From positions 1 to 64,000 of the forward strand of contig CAWKAR010000034.1 in the NCBI GenBank assembly GCA_963847625.1: a stretch of DNA of 64,000 nucleotides, in the 5' to 3' direction. The notes under the pieces were generated by a model. That model saw only the letters and a program-made list of their open reading frames with translations. It was not told the origin of the DNA and made no database searches. Origin of the DNA: a candidate division FCPU426 bacterium. Lineage in GTDB: Bacteria > Oederibacteriota > Muellerivitia > Muellerivitales > Muellerivitaceae. Both the position numbers and the translations under genes were made by a program. Numbering within the stretch: position 1 is the first letter of the stretch; each line of letters opens with the position of its first letter. Positions 53,453 to 64,000 of the stretch are shown piece after piece.

Positions 53453-56400
53453 TTATTTCAGGATTAATACCTTAAACACCTTGTTCATCCGTTGGGTTCC
53501 GCTCATTTCCACCCTTAGGTAATAAAGTCCATCCGACACTTGTTTGCGGTATTGATCCTTCAAATCCCATTCGATGATTCCATCGTTCGTGAGCTGTATT
53601 TCCCCACTCACCACCTTCCGGAAGGACAACGTAAATACAGACCATTTCACGACGGTCGTCCCTGGTACCCACACATGCACTGACACAGGGCCATTCACCA
53701 CGGGGTTTGGATAGGGACCCACGCATGTTGGCTGGGCAACCGGTGTCGACGTAGTGGTTGCCGCCGGCGCCGCCACATCCACTACCGCGCCCGTAACCGG
53801 CAATCCGCTGATATTTACAGGCTGGCCGTTAGTTCCCGCCGCTTCCACTGCGCTTACTTGGTATGTCCCCGACGCCGTGATAGAGAATCCGGTCACCACC
53901 GTGAAGGTCACGCTTCCGGAGCCGACCAAAGGATCGTTAAAGGTAAAGGTGGCCGTCCCACTGTTTAAGCTGCCATTGGCAACCAGTACACCGTTTGCAA
54001 ATAGCGTTACAGGGTTTATATCAATTGGGTTTCCAGTTCCCGATGCCGCTAGACTCAAGCTGGTCAGGGTGACAGTGGTTGAACTCGGATTGGTAAATAG
54101 GACTTGGAGAACCGTTACTCCCGTTGCGCCGGGAATCTGGGTCGTCGGGGCCGAGATAATGGGAGTGGCCAATACGGCGACGATGGTTTTCGTGCTGGTT
54201 GGTGTGACTGTGGGCGTTGCTGTAAAGGTCCAGGCCGGCGTCAAGGTCGGGGTTGGGCTCAAGGTGTTTGTAGGCGTGTTCGTGGGTGACTGAGTCCCCG
54301 TCAAGGTGCGGGTTGGCGTGAGGGTATAGGCGGGTGTATTGGTCGGGGTATTCGTAGGCGTAGGGGTTGGTGTCGTCGTCGGAGTGGGAGTAAATGTGGG
54401 AGTAGGTGTCTTCGTCGGTGTGTTTGTGGGTGTCGGCGTGGATGTTGTCGTCGGTGTGGGAGTAAATGTGGGAGTGTTTGTCGGAGTGGGTGTCGGGGTC
54501 GGGCTCAAGGTGTTTGTAGGCGTACTCGTGGGTGACTGAGTCCCCGTCGGACTGAAGGTCGGCGTCAGGGTAATCGTTGGAGTGTTTGTCGTGGTCAGAG
54601 TAGGGGTTATGGTAGGCGTTGGGGTCGAAGTAGGCGTGGGCGTCCTCGTTAGCGTTGGCGTCGGGGTCGGGGTATTGGTCGACGTGGGAGTAGGAGTTGT
54701 TGTAAGCGTGAGCGTTGGTGTTGGAGTTGGCGTTCTCGTCGGTGTGTTCGTCGGTGTCGACGTGGGTGTTATTGTCGGGGTCGGGCTTGGGGTGTTCGTG
54801 GTCGTTGGTGTCAAGGTATTGGTTAACGTAGGAGTTGGGGTTGTTGTAGGCGTGGGCGTCCTCGTTGGTGTTGGCGTAGTCGTCGGGGTAGGCGTGGGAG
54901 TAGACGTGTTGGTAGGCGTCGGGGTTGGAGTCCGGGTCGGAGTGACCGTGGGAGTGTCCGTGGGTGACTGAGTCCCCGTCGGGCTGAGGGTCGGCGTAGA
55001 GGTAATCGACGGGGTATTTGTCGGGGTCAGTGTATGGGTTATGGTAGGAGTTGGGGTCGGAGTAGGTGTGGTTGTCCTCGTTGGCGTTAACGTCGGGGTC
55101 GGGGTATTGGTTGGCGTAGGAGTAGGGGTTGTTGTAAGCGTAGGCGTTAGTGTAGGAGTTGGTGTTCGCGTCGGGGTGTTCGTTGGTGTCGGCGTGGGTG
55201 TCATCGTTGGAGTCGGGCTTGGCGTGTTCGTGAGTGTCGGTGTCGAGGTATAGGTTAGTGTAGGAGTGGGGGTTGATGTAGGCGTGAGTGTTGGTGTTGG
55301 AGTTGGCGTTCTCGTCGGTGTGTTCGTCGAGGTCGGGGTGGGTGTAGTCGTCGAGGTCGATGTTGGCGTATTAGTTGGCGTTGTCGTTGGGGTAAGTGTG
55401 GGAGTGGGAGTAGGCGTATTAGTAGAAGTTGGGGTCAGGGTCCGGGTCGGGGTGACCGTGGGAGTGTTCGTGGGTGACTGAGTTCCTGTCGGGCTGAGGG
55501 TCGGCGAGGGGGTGACAGTTGGAGTGTTTGTTGGGGTCGGTGTAGAGGTTATGGTAGACGTTGGGGTTGGAGTCGATGTGGGTGTCCTCGTCAGTGTGTT
55601 TGTGGGCGTAGGGGTCGGAGTATTTGTCGCCGTGAACGTAAGTGTCGTCGTTGGGGTCGGAGTGGGTGTGGGCGTCCTTGTCAGGGTGTTCGTTGGCGTA
55701 AGCGTAGATGATAACGTCGGGGTCGGCGTAGGGGTTACGGTAGACGTGGCTGTTAGTGTGGGTGTAGGAGTTCTTGTGGGCGTATACGTCGAGGTTGGAG
55801 TAGGTGTCGGCGTCAGAGTTGGGGTTGGCGTATTCGTTGACGTTGTTGTTGGGCTAGACGTGGAAGTGGGAGTCAATGTGGGAGTAGGCGTTCTCGTCGG
55901 TGTCGGGGTGGGTGTCGCCGTAGGGGTCTGACTTAGCGTGTTCGTGGACGTCGGAGTCGGGGTATTGGTCGGGGTAGGAGTGGGGGTTGTTGTAGGCGTG
56001 AAAGTTGGTGTGGGAGTAGGTGTTCTGGTGAGCGTGTTCGTCGGGGTTGAGGTGGGTGTCATCGTCGGGGTGTTCGTCGGTGTGGGTGAGGATGTAATGG
56101 TAGGAGTGTTCGTGGGCGTGGGAGTCGGTGTCCGGGTCAAGGTGACCGTGGGAGTATTCGTGGGTGACTGGGTGCCCGTCGGGCTGAGGGTCGGGGTTGG
56201 GGTGATCGTTGGAGTGTTTGTTGGGGTCGGTGTAGAGGTTATGGTAGACGTTGGGGTTGGAGTCGATGTAGGTGTCCTCGTCAGTGTGTTTGTGGGCGTA
56301 GGAGTCGGAGTATTCGTCGCCGTGAACGTAAGTGTCGTCGTTGGGGTCGGAGTGGGTGTAGGCGTCCTGGTAGGCGTGTGGGTCGACGTTGGCGTTGTCG

Positions 56401-59400
56401 TTGGGGTGGAAGTATAGGTAGGTGTAGGCGTAGGGGTTGTTGTGGGGGTTGGCGTGGGTGTTGGAGTAGCGGTCCTCGTCGGCGTAGACGTGGGTGTGAT
56501 CGTAGATGTGGGAGTCAGGGTAACCGTCGATGTCGGTGTAAATGTTATGGTGGATGTATTCGTAGGTGTCGGGGTCGGTGTCCGAGTAGGGGTGGAAGTT
56601 GGGCTATTCGCCTGTGTGGGAGTGGGCGAAACTGTTGGTGTCAAGGTCGGGGTGCTTGTTGGCGTTGGGGTGGGTGTCCGGGTCGGGGTGATAGTGGGTG
56701 TATAGGTTGACGTAGGAGTGGGCGAGATTGTCGGTGTCAAGGTCGGAGTGCTTGTTGGCGTTGGGGTGGGTGTCCGGGTCGGGGTGATAGTGGGAGTATT
56801 AGTCGGCATGGGGGTGGTCGAGACTGTTGGTGTCGGAGTCGGGGTGTTAGTCGGAGTGGGCGTTGGCGTCCGAGTTGGAGTAGGTGTGAGACTATTCGTC
56901 TGAGTGGAAGTAGGCGAAACAGTCGGCGTCCGGGTCGGGGTGATAGTGGGAGTATTAGTCGGCGTGGGGGTGGTCGAGACTGTCGGTGTCGGAGTCGGGG
57001 TGTTAGTCGGAGTAGGCGTTGGCGTCCGGGTCGGGGTGTTCGTGGGTGTATAGGTTGACGTAAGAGTGGGCGAGACTGTCGGCGTCGGAGTCGAGGTGTT
57101 AGTTAGAGTGGGTGTATTCGTCCGGGTCGGGGTGGAAGTTGGGCTATTCGTCTGTGTGGGAGTGGGCGAAACTGTTGGTGTCAAGGTCGGGGTGCTTGTT
57201 GGCGTTGGGGTGGGTGTCCGGGTCGGGGTGTTCGTGGGTGTATAGGTTGACGTAAGAGTGGGCGAGACTGTCGGCGTCGGAGTCGAGGTGTTAGTCAGAG
57301 TGGGTGTATTCGTCCGGGTCGGGGTGGAAGTTGGGCTATTCGTCTGAGTGGAAGTAGGTGAAACTGTCGGCGTTCGGGTCGGAGTGATAGTAGTTGTATA
57401 GGTCGACGTAGGAGCGGGCGAGACTGTCGGTGTCGGGGTCGGGGTGCTCGTTGGCGTTGGAGTGGGGGTCCGGGTCGGGGTGTTCGTGGGTGTATAGGTT
57501 GACGTAAGAGTGGGCGAGACTGTCGGCGTCGGAGTCGAGGTGTTAGTCAGAGTGGGTGTATTCGTCCGGGTCGGGGTGGAAGTTGGGCTATTCGTCTGAG
57601 TGGAAGTAGGTGAAACTGTCGGCGTCCGGGTCGGAGTGATAGTAGTTGTATAGGTCGACGTAGGAGTGGGCGAGACTGTCGGTGTCGGGGTATTGGTGGG
57701 GGTATTTGTTCGAGTGTTGGTTATAGTATTGGTCATGGTTAGTGTAGAGGTTCTGGTAAAGGTCGGTGTGTTCACGGGCTGGGTAAAGGTCCATGTCGGG
57801 GTATAGGTATAGGTAAAGGTGCGGGTTTGGGTGAATGTATAGGTATAGGTGGGAGTGGCCGTAAGACAGACCATGGTCGTAGAGATGGTATTGCTAGTCA
57901 CGGGGCCCCCTCCCTGCCATGAGATCGACCCGTAATCCGTCATCACCTGGCAGGACTGGGTGGCAGAAAAACCATTATTTTGAACGTATAAAGGTATCGT
58001 CACGCAGGCCCCCCCGGGGATCGAGCTGACCGTCCAAGTCGTGGGGAAACTTTGGTTTAATGGGTTAATCGTGATGGGGTTTCCTCCCACCGTTACCGTC
58101 CAGGAACTGTAATTGGGCCCATCGAAAGTCATCCAATTGTAGTTCGTAGTCACGTCGGTCACGGTCGCCGGAGCCGGCGCAGATGATCCCGATGCGTTAC
58201 ACAGGGTAAAGGTCAGGGTGATGGGACCTCCGGTACTGTAACCCGATGTCGGCCCGCCGGTAGTCTTGGTAAAGGTGATGCTTGGCGGTTTAGGCGTGGC
58301 GGTAATAGTCGGGGTCGGAACGGGCGAACTGCACGCGGCATAAGGACTGGAAAGCCAGGTGGATACCGCCGATCCCCAGGTACTGTTGGTGACCCAGCCG
58401 GTCAGAAGGTTGGGGCAGGAGTTGGTGGACAGGGACCAAGCCGTGCCGCCCATCACTCCGCTTGTGCCATCGATCCAGGATTCGATAGCGGAGTCAAAAG
58501 AGCTGTTATCCTGGTTGCAGTTGGTATAGGGGCCGAATTCACCTACAAAAGCCGGATGACCGGCCAGGAGGGAACTGGGCACCTCGGCGTTCCAACTAAC
58601 CGCCGAATTGCCGTCATTGCTCCCGTAAAGATGCACACCCATCATAATCCCGTTTCCGACATTGGTTACGGAACCGGCGGGATAGCCGTTCAAATTGGCG
58701 CACCAGTGCAAGCCCCCCAAAACGCAGACATTGTTAGCGCCGGCGGACCTCACCGCATTCAATAGCTTTTGCATGCCGGGCGTGGTAAAGGAAGCGCCTC
58801 CGAGCGTGCCGCCGTTGAGCCAAGTGTTGTAGCCGGTCGTATCGGTGACGACCGGCGGGCCCAGGTTATCGTTGCCGTTATCGTAGGGTTCGTTGTAAAG
58901 GTCGAAGAGGACGGCCGGATTATTTGCATAAGCCGCCGCAACCGAACTCCAAAAGGTGACTGCGTTTTGATCCGCCATGGCTTGCTGAGCTGTGGCTCCC
59001 CCCCATCCGCTGCCGCAGGGGGCTGAGGCCGTGGAAGAAGTTCCTGACCAATGCAGGTCCAAAAGCACGTAGACGTTTTGTCCCGAGCAATAGCTGACAA
59101 TGGAGGACACGATTCCCTGGTACGCGGACGCCGTGGGCGACCCGTTTCCGTTAGAACAACCGAACCAAAAGTCCTGGGCGAGTGGAAGCCGGATGATGGA
59201 GCATTTCCAGCCTGTCACCGCCTCCTGCGCCAACTGCAGGGTATCACCTCCATTGCCGAAACCGCCTCCGCTTATGGGGCCGTAACCAGTTGGGGAAAAT
59301 TCCAGGCCATCGACATCCACACCTTTTAAGTGCACAACGCAACTGCCGCTAGTTTCAAGGTTGGCCCCCACGACTGAAAGGGCCGACGGTGCCGCATGGA

Positions 59401-59680
59401 TCGGCGTGGTTGAATGAAGCCAGAGCAGGAACCCCATGGCCAATGCCAACAGGATTGCTTGAGTTTTTTGATTTTCAAAAAACGATTTTATTTGACAATA
59501 AAAAAAAGCGTTAAATGCGGAAACATTGCTTTTTTGGATAGAAGAGATAACTTGTTGTTGGATTTGGCCGAAAGAAACTAAAACGCTTTTACGGGATTTC
59601 ACGGGGGTACGGCTCAAACCATAATTGATTTGGCTTTGTTTATCTTTTCCTAAAACCAATTTTATAATGGTCCAATTCAA
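53453..59680 (-). CDS. Giant secreted GH5 glycoside hydrolase with about 1200-aa Thr/Pro stalk, Ig-like module and T9SS-like C-terminal domain (start uncertain)
   Basis: [34 protein letters not shown] (acid/base), HLY, FVGEFG (nucleophile), TAWS; C-terminal PYPNP...VFTLSFRKV...WDLKD...SDGLYYL...KVLILK. Confidence 0.9.
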   Translation of the reverse strand: MNWTIIKLVLGKDKQSQINYGLSRTPVKSRKSVLVSFGQIQQQVISSIQKSNVSAFNAFFYCQIKSFFENQKTQAILLALAMGFLLWLHSTTPIHAAPSALSVVGANLETSGSCVVHLKGVDVDGLEFSPTGYGPISGGGFGNGGDTLQLAQEAVTGWKCSIIRLPLAQDFWFGCSNGNGSPTASAYQGIVSSIVSYCSGQNVYVLLDLHWSGTSSTASAPCGSGWGGATAQQAMADQNAVTFWSSVAAAYANNPAVLFDLYNEPYDNGNDNLGPPVVTDTTGYNTWLNGGTLGGASFTTPGMQKLLNAVRSAGANNVCVLGGLHWCANLNGYPAGSVTNVGNGIMMGVHLYGSNDGNSAVSWNAEVPSSLLAGHPAFVGEFGPYTNCNQDNSSFDSAIESWIDGTSGVMGGTAWSLSTNSCPNLLTGWVTNSTWGSAVSTWLSSPYAACSSPVPTPTITATPKPPSITFTKTTGGPTSGYSTGGPITLTFTLCNASGSSAPAPATVTDVTTNYNWMTFDGPNYSSWTVTVGGNPITINPLNQSFPTTWTVSSIPGGACVTIPLYVQNNGFSATQSCQVMTDYGSISWQGGGPVTSNTISTTMVCLTATPTYTYTFTQTRTFTYTYTPTWTFTQPVNTPTFTRTSTLTMTNTITNTRTNTPTNTPTPTVSPTPTSTYTTTITPTRTPTVSPTSTQTNSPTSTPTRTNTPTLTNTSTPTPTVSPTLTSTYTPTNTPTRTPTPTPTSTPTPTPTVSPAPTSTYTTTITPTRTPTVSPTSTQTNSPTSTPTRTNTPTLTNTSTPTPTVSPTLTSTYTPTNTPTRTPTPTPTSTPTLTPTVSPTPTQTNSPTSTPTRTNTPTLTNTSTPTPTVSPTLTSTYTPTNTPTRTPTPTPTNTPTPTPTVSTTPTPTNTPTITPTRTPTVSPTSTQTNSLTPTPTRTPTPTPTNTPTPTPTVSTTPMPTNTPTITPTRTPTPTPTSTPTLTPTISPTPTSTYTPTITPTRTPTPTPTSTPTLTPTVSPTPTQANSPTSTPTRTPTPTPTNTSTITFTPTSTVTLTPTSTITPTSTPTRTATPTPTPTPTTTPTPTPTYTSTPTTTPTSTHTPTRTPTPTPTPTTTLTFTATNTPTPTPTNTLTRTPTSTPTPTSTITSTPTPTNTPTITPTPTLSPTGTQSPTNTPTVTLTRTPTPTPTNTPTITSSPTPTNTPTMTPTSTPTNTLTRTPTPTPTFTPTTTPTPTPTNTPTPTSTNTLSQTPTATPTPTPTRTPTPTLTPTSTSSPTTTSTNTPTPTLTPTPTPTSTYTPTRTPTPTLTATSTVTPTPTPTLSSTLTPTNTLTRTPTPTPTPTTTLTFTATNTPTPTPTNTLTRTPTSTPTPTSTITSTPTPTNTPTVTPSPTLSPTGTQSPTNTPTVTPTRTLTPTSTNTPTPTPTLTPTTTPTNTPTSTSTTTPTPTSTNTPTRTPTPTPTLTPTSTPTPTLTYTSTPTLTNTPSPTPTMTPTPTPTNTPTRTPTPTLTPTLTTTPTPTPTNTPTPTLTPTRTTTPTPTPTPTITHTLTPTNTPSITSTPTLSPTGTQSPTDTPTVTPTRTPTPTPTNTSTPTPTPTTTPTPTRTPTPTTTPTPTLTNTLTPTTTNTPSPTPTITPTSTPTNTPTRTPTPTPTLTLTTTPTPTSTNTPTPTPTLTRTPTPTSTPTPTITPTLTTTNTPTITLTPTFSPTGTQSPTSTPTNTLSPTPTPTPTNTPTFTPTPTTTSTPTPTNTPTKTPTPTFTPTPTTTPTPTPTNTPTNTPAYTLTPTRTLTGTQSPTNTPTNTLSPTPTLTPAWTFTATPTVTPTSTKTIVAVLATPIISAPTTQIPGATGVTVLQVLFTNPSSTTVTLTSLSLAASGTGNPIDINPVTLFANGVLVANGSLNSGTATFTFNDPLVGSGSVTFTVVTGFSITASGTYQVSAVEAAGTNGQPVNISGLPVTGAVVDVAAPAATTTSTPVAQPTCVGPYPNPVVNGPVSVHVWVPGTTVVKWSVFTLSFRKVVSGEIQLTNDGIIEWDLKDQYRKQVSDGLYYLRVEMSGTQRMNKVFKVLILK

Positions 59681-59752
59681 AACCCCACCTGATTCCGAGA
59701 TCCTGATAACCTCTTATCATTTTATTGCTAAAAATCCTCTTTTTCAATGCTC

Positions 59753-62700
59753 TCACTGCTCCACTAGGATCTTGAGGGTCTGCCTGGCGACCAGGTACCC
59801 GTTGGCGTCCCTCTGCTCGGTCTTGGCGATGTAGAGCCCGCTGGCGATCCCCGCCGCGTTCCAGGTCACCTGGCTCGTCCCGCCCGCTCCATTGAGTTCA
59901 GTCACCAGCTCGCCCGCCACGTCGTAGATCTTCACTATCAGCTTCACCCCTGCCGACGATCCCTGGAATGTCACCAGCCTCGTTCCGCCCGTCACCGGGT
60001 TCGGATATGCCCACACCCTCGGCGCCGCCTGTTTCACCCCGTTCACCACCACCACCGACGTGATGATCACCGTCTCCCCGCCCTTCCCGTCCGTCGAGTG
60101 CACCTCGATGAAGTATTTACCGTTGGGCACCACCGTCCCCCCCGACCCGTGCCCGTCCCATACCGTCGTCACCCCGTTGTTCGTCGCGATCACCAGCGTC
60201 CCGTCCGTCGGCGACCCGGGCTCCAATACCGTGCTTGACAGCTTCACCCCCGTGATCACCGTCCCCTGCGGGTCCTCCACCACGCTGTACAGCGTCTGCA
60301 CGATCTCCCCAGCCTCGTTGTAGATGTCGATTGTCACTTTCTCCAGCGAACGGCTCACCACCACGTTCAACACCACGCTCTTGTCCGCCCCGAAGGAGTC
60401 GATATTGTCCACCTTCACGTAGTAATCCCCGTTGGGCACCGGGTTCCCGTTCTGGTCCGTCCCGTTCCACACCGTGATTTGCGTGTTCAGGTCGTAGATC
60501 GCCACCGGGTCGTTCAGCCCGCTGATCAGGTTCCCGTTCTTCAATTGCAGGTCCACCAAAGGCTGGGAATACTGCGTCACCAGCAGTTCCTTCACCAGTT
60601 CCCCCGCCTCGTTGTACACCCCCACCTTCACCGTGTAACTACCCGTCACCTGCAGTATCGCGCAGGCCGTCTGCGGAAGCGCCCCAGGAACGCTCATTAC
60701 CGCGCAGTTCGTGATCGGCCCCGCCTGCGTGAAGTTGTTGATCGAAACTATGTAGGTCAGAAGGTAGTTCCCCGGTGCCAGGGTGGGCAGAGCCCAATTC
60801 ATCACCGTCACGCCCCCCGCCACGTTCAGCGAGGCTGACGTGTTGGCCGGGGAGGTCCCGAACGTCACGAAACTGCAGTTGGCAGGGAGGGCATCCTGCA
60901 CCACCAGCCCAGTCGCAGTGTTATTACTCACGTTTAGCATCAGCGTGTAGGTCACCTGGTCCCCTGACGTGCCAGTCGACTCCGATTCCTGCTTTTGCAG
61001 CGTCACCACCGCCGCGGGGGTGGGAGTGGGCGTCGCCGTGTTCGTGAAGGTCGGCGTCATCGTATTGGTCGATGTATTGGTATTCGTGGGGCTGAGTGTG
61101 TTGGTCGAAGTCGGCGTGTTGCTGGGCGTCCGGGTGGGTGTCGAGGTGTAGGTATTGGTGAGGGTGTTGGTCGAAGTCGGCGTATTGGTGTTAGTCCTCG
61201 TGTTGGTCGCCGTGTAGGTGTTCGTGGCTGTGGATGTGGAAGTCGGCGTGTAGGTGTTGGTGGGAGTGTTTGTCAGCGTGGAAGTCGAAGTGACGGTGGG
61301 CGTATTCGTGGGGGTGCTGGTATTGGTCGGTGTGGAGGTGTCGGTGAACGTGGCGGTTGGGGTCGACGTGTAGGTATTGGTAGAAGTATTCGTAGGCGTC
61401 GGCGTGTTCGTAGGCGTCGGCGTGTTCGTCGGGGTTGGGGTGAACGTATACGTGAAGGGAGGGGTGTTGGTCGAAGTGGGTGTGGCGGTGGAAGTGCTGG
61501 TTGGAGTCGGGGTGGGCGTCGAGGTGAACGTGTTGGTCGGAGTCGGGGTGGGAGTGTTGGTATTCGTCGCTGTGTTGCTCGGCGTCGGCGTGAAGGTATC
61601 GATCGGCGTGTTTGTCGGGGTGAGGGTTGCGGTTTCCGTCGATGTATTCGTCGGCGTATTGGTAATCGTCGGGGTGAAGGTGAATGTTAGCGTGAATTTG
61701 GGGGTGTCAGTCGAGGTGGGAGTGTCGGTTGAGGTGCTGGTTGGAGTCGTTGTCAGCGTCATGGTAGGGGTATTCGTAAAAGTTGGCGTCGGAGTGCGGG
61801 TCGACGTATCGGTTTGAGTCAAAGTTGGTGTCAAAGTAGCCGTGTTAGTCGGAGTCGGAGTTGACGTATTCGTTAGCGTATTTGTCAGCGTAAACGAAGG
61901 CGTGATTGTTGGCGTATTCGTGGGTGTCGGGGTCCGAGTGGGAGTGAGCGTGTTGGTCGACGTGGGAGTGGGTGACTGAGTCCCGGTTGATGTAAGGGTC
62001 GCCGTGGGGCTGTTCGTCGGCGTGTTCGTCGGGGTTGGCGAAGGGGTGATGGTAGGCGAATTGGTAGGGGTAGGTGTTGATGTCTTTGTCGGGGTGTTCG
62101 TCGGCGTATACGAGGGCGTTATTGTCACGGTCGGCGTCGGGGTCCGGGTCGGCGTATTCGTGGGTGTATTCGTCGGCGTAAGCGATGGCGTTATCGTCAC
62201 GGTCGGCGTGGGGGTGTTCGTGGGCGTGGGAGTCTGGGTATTCGTCGGCGTGAACGAAGGTGTGATCGTCAAGGTTGGCGTCGGGGTCCGCGTCGGGGTG
62301 GAGGTGGGGGTATTCGTCGGCGTGAATGAAGGTGTGATCGTCACCGTTGGCGTGGGGGTGTTCGTGGGCGTGGAGGTGGGGGTATTCGTCGGCGTGAACG
62401 AAGGTGTGATCGTCACGGTCAGCGTCGGGGTCCGGGTGGGAGTGGAAGTCGGGGTATTTGTCGGCGTAAGCGATGGCGTTATCGTCACGGTCGGGGTCAG
62501 GGTCCGGGTCGGGGTGGAAGTCGGGGTATTCGTCGGTGTGAACGTAGGCGTAATCGTTGGCGTATTCGTGGGTGTCGGGGTCCGAGTGGGAGTGAACGTG
62601 TTAGTCGACGTGGGAGTGGGTGACTGAGTCCCGGTCGGCGTGTGGGTAGGGGTGGGGCTGTTCGTCGGCGTGTTCGTTGGGGTTGGCGAAGGGGTGATGG

Positions 62701-64000
62701 TAGGCGTATAGGTCGGGGTTGGCGTGGGCGTCCTTGTCGGCGTGTTCGTCGGCGTAAACGTGGGCGTTGTGGTCGGGGTCGGTGTCGGGGTCCGGGTCGA
62801 GGTGTTCGTGGGGGTATTCGTCGGCGTAGGTGTGGGGCTTACCGTCGGGGTCGGCGTGGGCGTAGGAGTCGGTGTGTTGGTCAGCGTGTTCGTGGGCGTG
62901 AAGGTAGGCGTGCGGGTTGGAGTAGAAGTCAGTGTGTTAGTGGGCGTCAGGGTGGGGGTATTGGTCGGCGTAAACGTGGGCGTTGTGGTCGGGGTCGGTG
63001 TCAGGGTCCGGGTCGGGGTGTTCGTCGGTGTATTCGTTGGGGTCGGGGTTGGCGACACTGTGGGCGTGGGGGTGGGGGTCCGGGTCGGGGTGTTCGTGGG
63101 CGTATTCGTCGGCGTAGGTGTGGGGCTTACCGTCGGGGTCGGCGTAGGTGTGTGCGTGGGGGTGTTCGTCGGCGTATTGGTCGGGGTTGGGGTTGGCGAC
63201 ACTGTGGGCGTGGGGGTGGGGGTCCGGGTCGGGGTGTTCGTGGGCGTATTCGTCGGGGTCGGGGTTGGCGACACTGTGGGCGTGGGGGTGGGAGTCCGGG
63301 TCGGGGTGTTCGTCGGCGTATTCGTCGGCGTAGGTGTGGGGCTTACCGTCGGGGTCGGCGTAAGTGTGTGCGTGGGGGTGTTCGTCGGTGTATTCGTCGG
63401 GGTCGGGGTTGGCGACACTGTGGGAGTGGGGGTGGGAGTCCGGGTCGGGGTGTTCGTGGGTGTATTCGTCGGGGTCGGGGTTGGCGACACTGTGGGAGTG
63501 GGGGTAGGGGTCCGGGTCGGGGTGTTCGTGGATGTATTCGTCGGGGTCGGGGTTGGCGACACTGTGGGAGTGTTGGTCGGGGTCGGGCTCCTCGTGGGAG
63601 TTGGAGTGAGCGTGGGGGTGTAAGTATAGGTATAGGTGTATGTGTTGGTATGGGTAAAGGTGGGCGTGACGGCTGGGGTCGGAGTATAGGTATTGGTGTT
63701 AGTGGGAGTGGGAGTATAGGTATAGGTATAAGTGTTGGTATGGGTGAAGGTTGGCGTGACGGCGATCGTCGGAGTGTAGGTGAAAGTATGTGTAAAGGTG
63801 GCCGTAAAGGTATTGGTGAAAGTGTTGGTGTGGGTGAAGGTGGGAGTGACGGCCGGGGTCGGGGTATAAGTAAAGGTGTGCGTATAGGTAAATGTCGGAC
63901 TGTTGGTTGGAGTGTTAGTGAAGCAAGGACGGTTCACCGTCACCGACGCGGAGGTTTTAGTGCCGCTGGAAATGGCTATGCTGGCTTGGTTGGTGATCGT
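59753..64000 (-). CDS. Giant secreted protein, starting beyond the right edge: about 970-aa Thr/Pro stalk, DUF11-like domain, two FlgD-Ig domains and T9SS-like C-terminal domain
   Basis: Frame is open to 64000 ([15 protein letters not shown]...); K......GDQVTYTL.......[13 protein letters not shown] and [15 protein letters not shown]...IYDVAGELV...ASGLYI...KILVEQ. Confidence 0.88.
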   Translation of the reverse strand, partial: TITNQASIAISSGTKTSASVTVNRPCFTNTPTNSPTFTYTHTFTYTPTPAVTPTFTHTNTFTNTFTATFTHTFTYTPTIAVTPTFTHTNTYTYTYTPTPTNTNTYTPTPAVTPTFTHTNTYTYTYTYTPTLTPTPTRSPTPTNTPTVSPTPTPTNTSTNTPTRTPTPTPTVSPTPTPTNTPTNTPTRTPTPTPTVSPTPTPTNTPTNTPTHTLTPTPTVSPTPTPTNTPTNTPTRTPTPTPTVSPTPTPTNTPTNTPTRTPTPTPTVSPTPTPTNTPTNTPTHTPTPTPTVSPTPTPTNTPTNTPTRTPTPTPTVSPTPTPTNTPTNTPTRTLTPTPTTTPTFTPTNTPTLTPTNTLTSTPTRTPTFTPTNTLTNTPTPTPTPTPTVSPTPTPTNTPTNTSTRTPTPTPTTTPTFTPTNTPTRTPTPTPTYTPTITPSPTPTNTPTNSPTPTHTPTGTQSPTPTSTNTFTPTRTPTPTNTPTITPTFTPTNTPTSTPTRTLTPTVTITPSLTPTNTPTSTPTRTPTLTVTITPSFTPTNTPTSTPTNTPTPTVTITPSFTPTNTPTSTPTRTPTPTLTITPSFTPTNTQTPTPTNTPTPTVTITPSLTPTNTPTNTPTRTPTPTVTITPSYTPTNTPTKTSTPTPTNSPTITPSPTPTNTPTNSPTATLTSTGTQSPTPTSTNTLTPTRTPTPTNTPTITPSFTLTNTLTNTSTPTPTNTATLTPTLTQTDTSTRTPTPTFTNTPTMTLTTTPTSTSTDTPTSTDTPKFTLTFTFTPTITNTPTNTSTETATLTPTNTPIDTFTPTPSNTATNTNTPTPTPTNTFTSTPTPTPTSTSTATPTSTNTPPFTYTFTPTPTNTPTPTNTPTPTNTSTNTYTSTPTATFTDTSTPTNTSTPTNTPTVTSTSTLTNTPTNTYTPTSTSTATNTYTATNTRTNTNTPTSTNTLTNTYTSTPTRTPSNTPTSTNTLSPTNTNTSTNTMTPTFTNTATPTPTPAAVVTLQKQESESTGTSGDQVTYTLMLNVSNNTATGLVVQDALPANCSFVTFGTSPANTSASLNVAGGVTVMNWALPTLAPGNYLLTYIVSINNFTQAGPITNCAVMSVPGALPQTACAILQVTGSYTVKVGVYNEAGELVKELLVTQYSQPLVDLQLKNGNLISGLNDPVAIYDLNTQITVWNGTDQNGNPVPNGDYYVKVDNIDSFGADKSVVLNVVVSRSLEKVTIDIYNEAGEIVQTLYSVVEDPQGTVITGVKLSSTVLEPGSPTDGTLVIATNNGVTTVWDGHGSGGTVVPNGKYFIEVHSTDGKGGETVIITSVVVVNGVKQAAPRVWAYPNPVTGGTRLVTFQGSSAGVKLIVKIYDVAGELVTELNGAGGTSQVTWNAAGIASGLYIAKTEQRDANGYLVARQTLKILVEQ
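62990..63575 (-). repeat. About 8 tandem 72-bp coding repeats ([24 protein letters not shown])
   Basis: TVSP-encoding anchors (GGCGACACTGT or GGGCTTACCGT) recur every 72 bp from about 63051 to 63555. Confidence 0.88.

Noticed and set aside
55518..57600. Diversity-generating retroelement template/variable repeats
   Set aside because: The duplicates lie within a low-complexity stalk, differences are sparse and largely synonymous, and no reverse transcriptase is present.
53754..63623. Many + strand Val/Gly-rich ORFs (also 655-1008, 11839-12216, 35191-36117, 38185-38571)
   Set aside because: They are antisense shadows of ACN/CCN (Thr/Pro) codon runs in the minus-strand genes.

Overview
A 64 kb chromosomal stretch from a diderm (outer-membrane) bacterium of mixed GC content, with most genes on the minus strand. 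Housekeeping blocks: yicC-gmk-rpoZ-coaBC...udg; a DUF58/BatABCD/MoxR operon; CIRCE-controlled groES-groEL (groEL broken by two 1-bp insertions); patatin/enoyl-CoA hydratase/acyl-CoA ligase; rqcH; msrA; a divergent membrane pyrophosphatase; yezD-metY-cysK-metX-metW; glycerate kinase. Between these lie five large secreted proteins with Thr/Pro-rich stalks of up to about 1200 aa, carrying FG-GAP, GH5 and Ig-like heads. Four of them, plus an S8 protease, end in a T9SS type-A-like/FlgD-Ig C-terminal domain, and a PorV-like barrel gene is coupled to the protease. This points to a T9SS-like export/display system in a lineage that does not look like Bacteroidota; it resembles my recollection of FCPU426/Goldbacteria-type genomes, which I cannot verify here. 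Two non-coding features stand out. (1) A tandem pair of conserved RNA leaders, each with its own terminator/antiterminator, sits upstream of the Cys/Met operon and does not match the SAM-I consensus. (2) A polarised array of 19 x 21-22 bp GTCCTAGGAGCAG units runs into a 5'-truncated outer-membrane protein gene. I found no rRNA, tRNA, CRISPR-cas, transposase or integrase.
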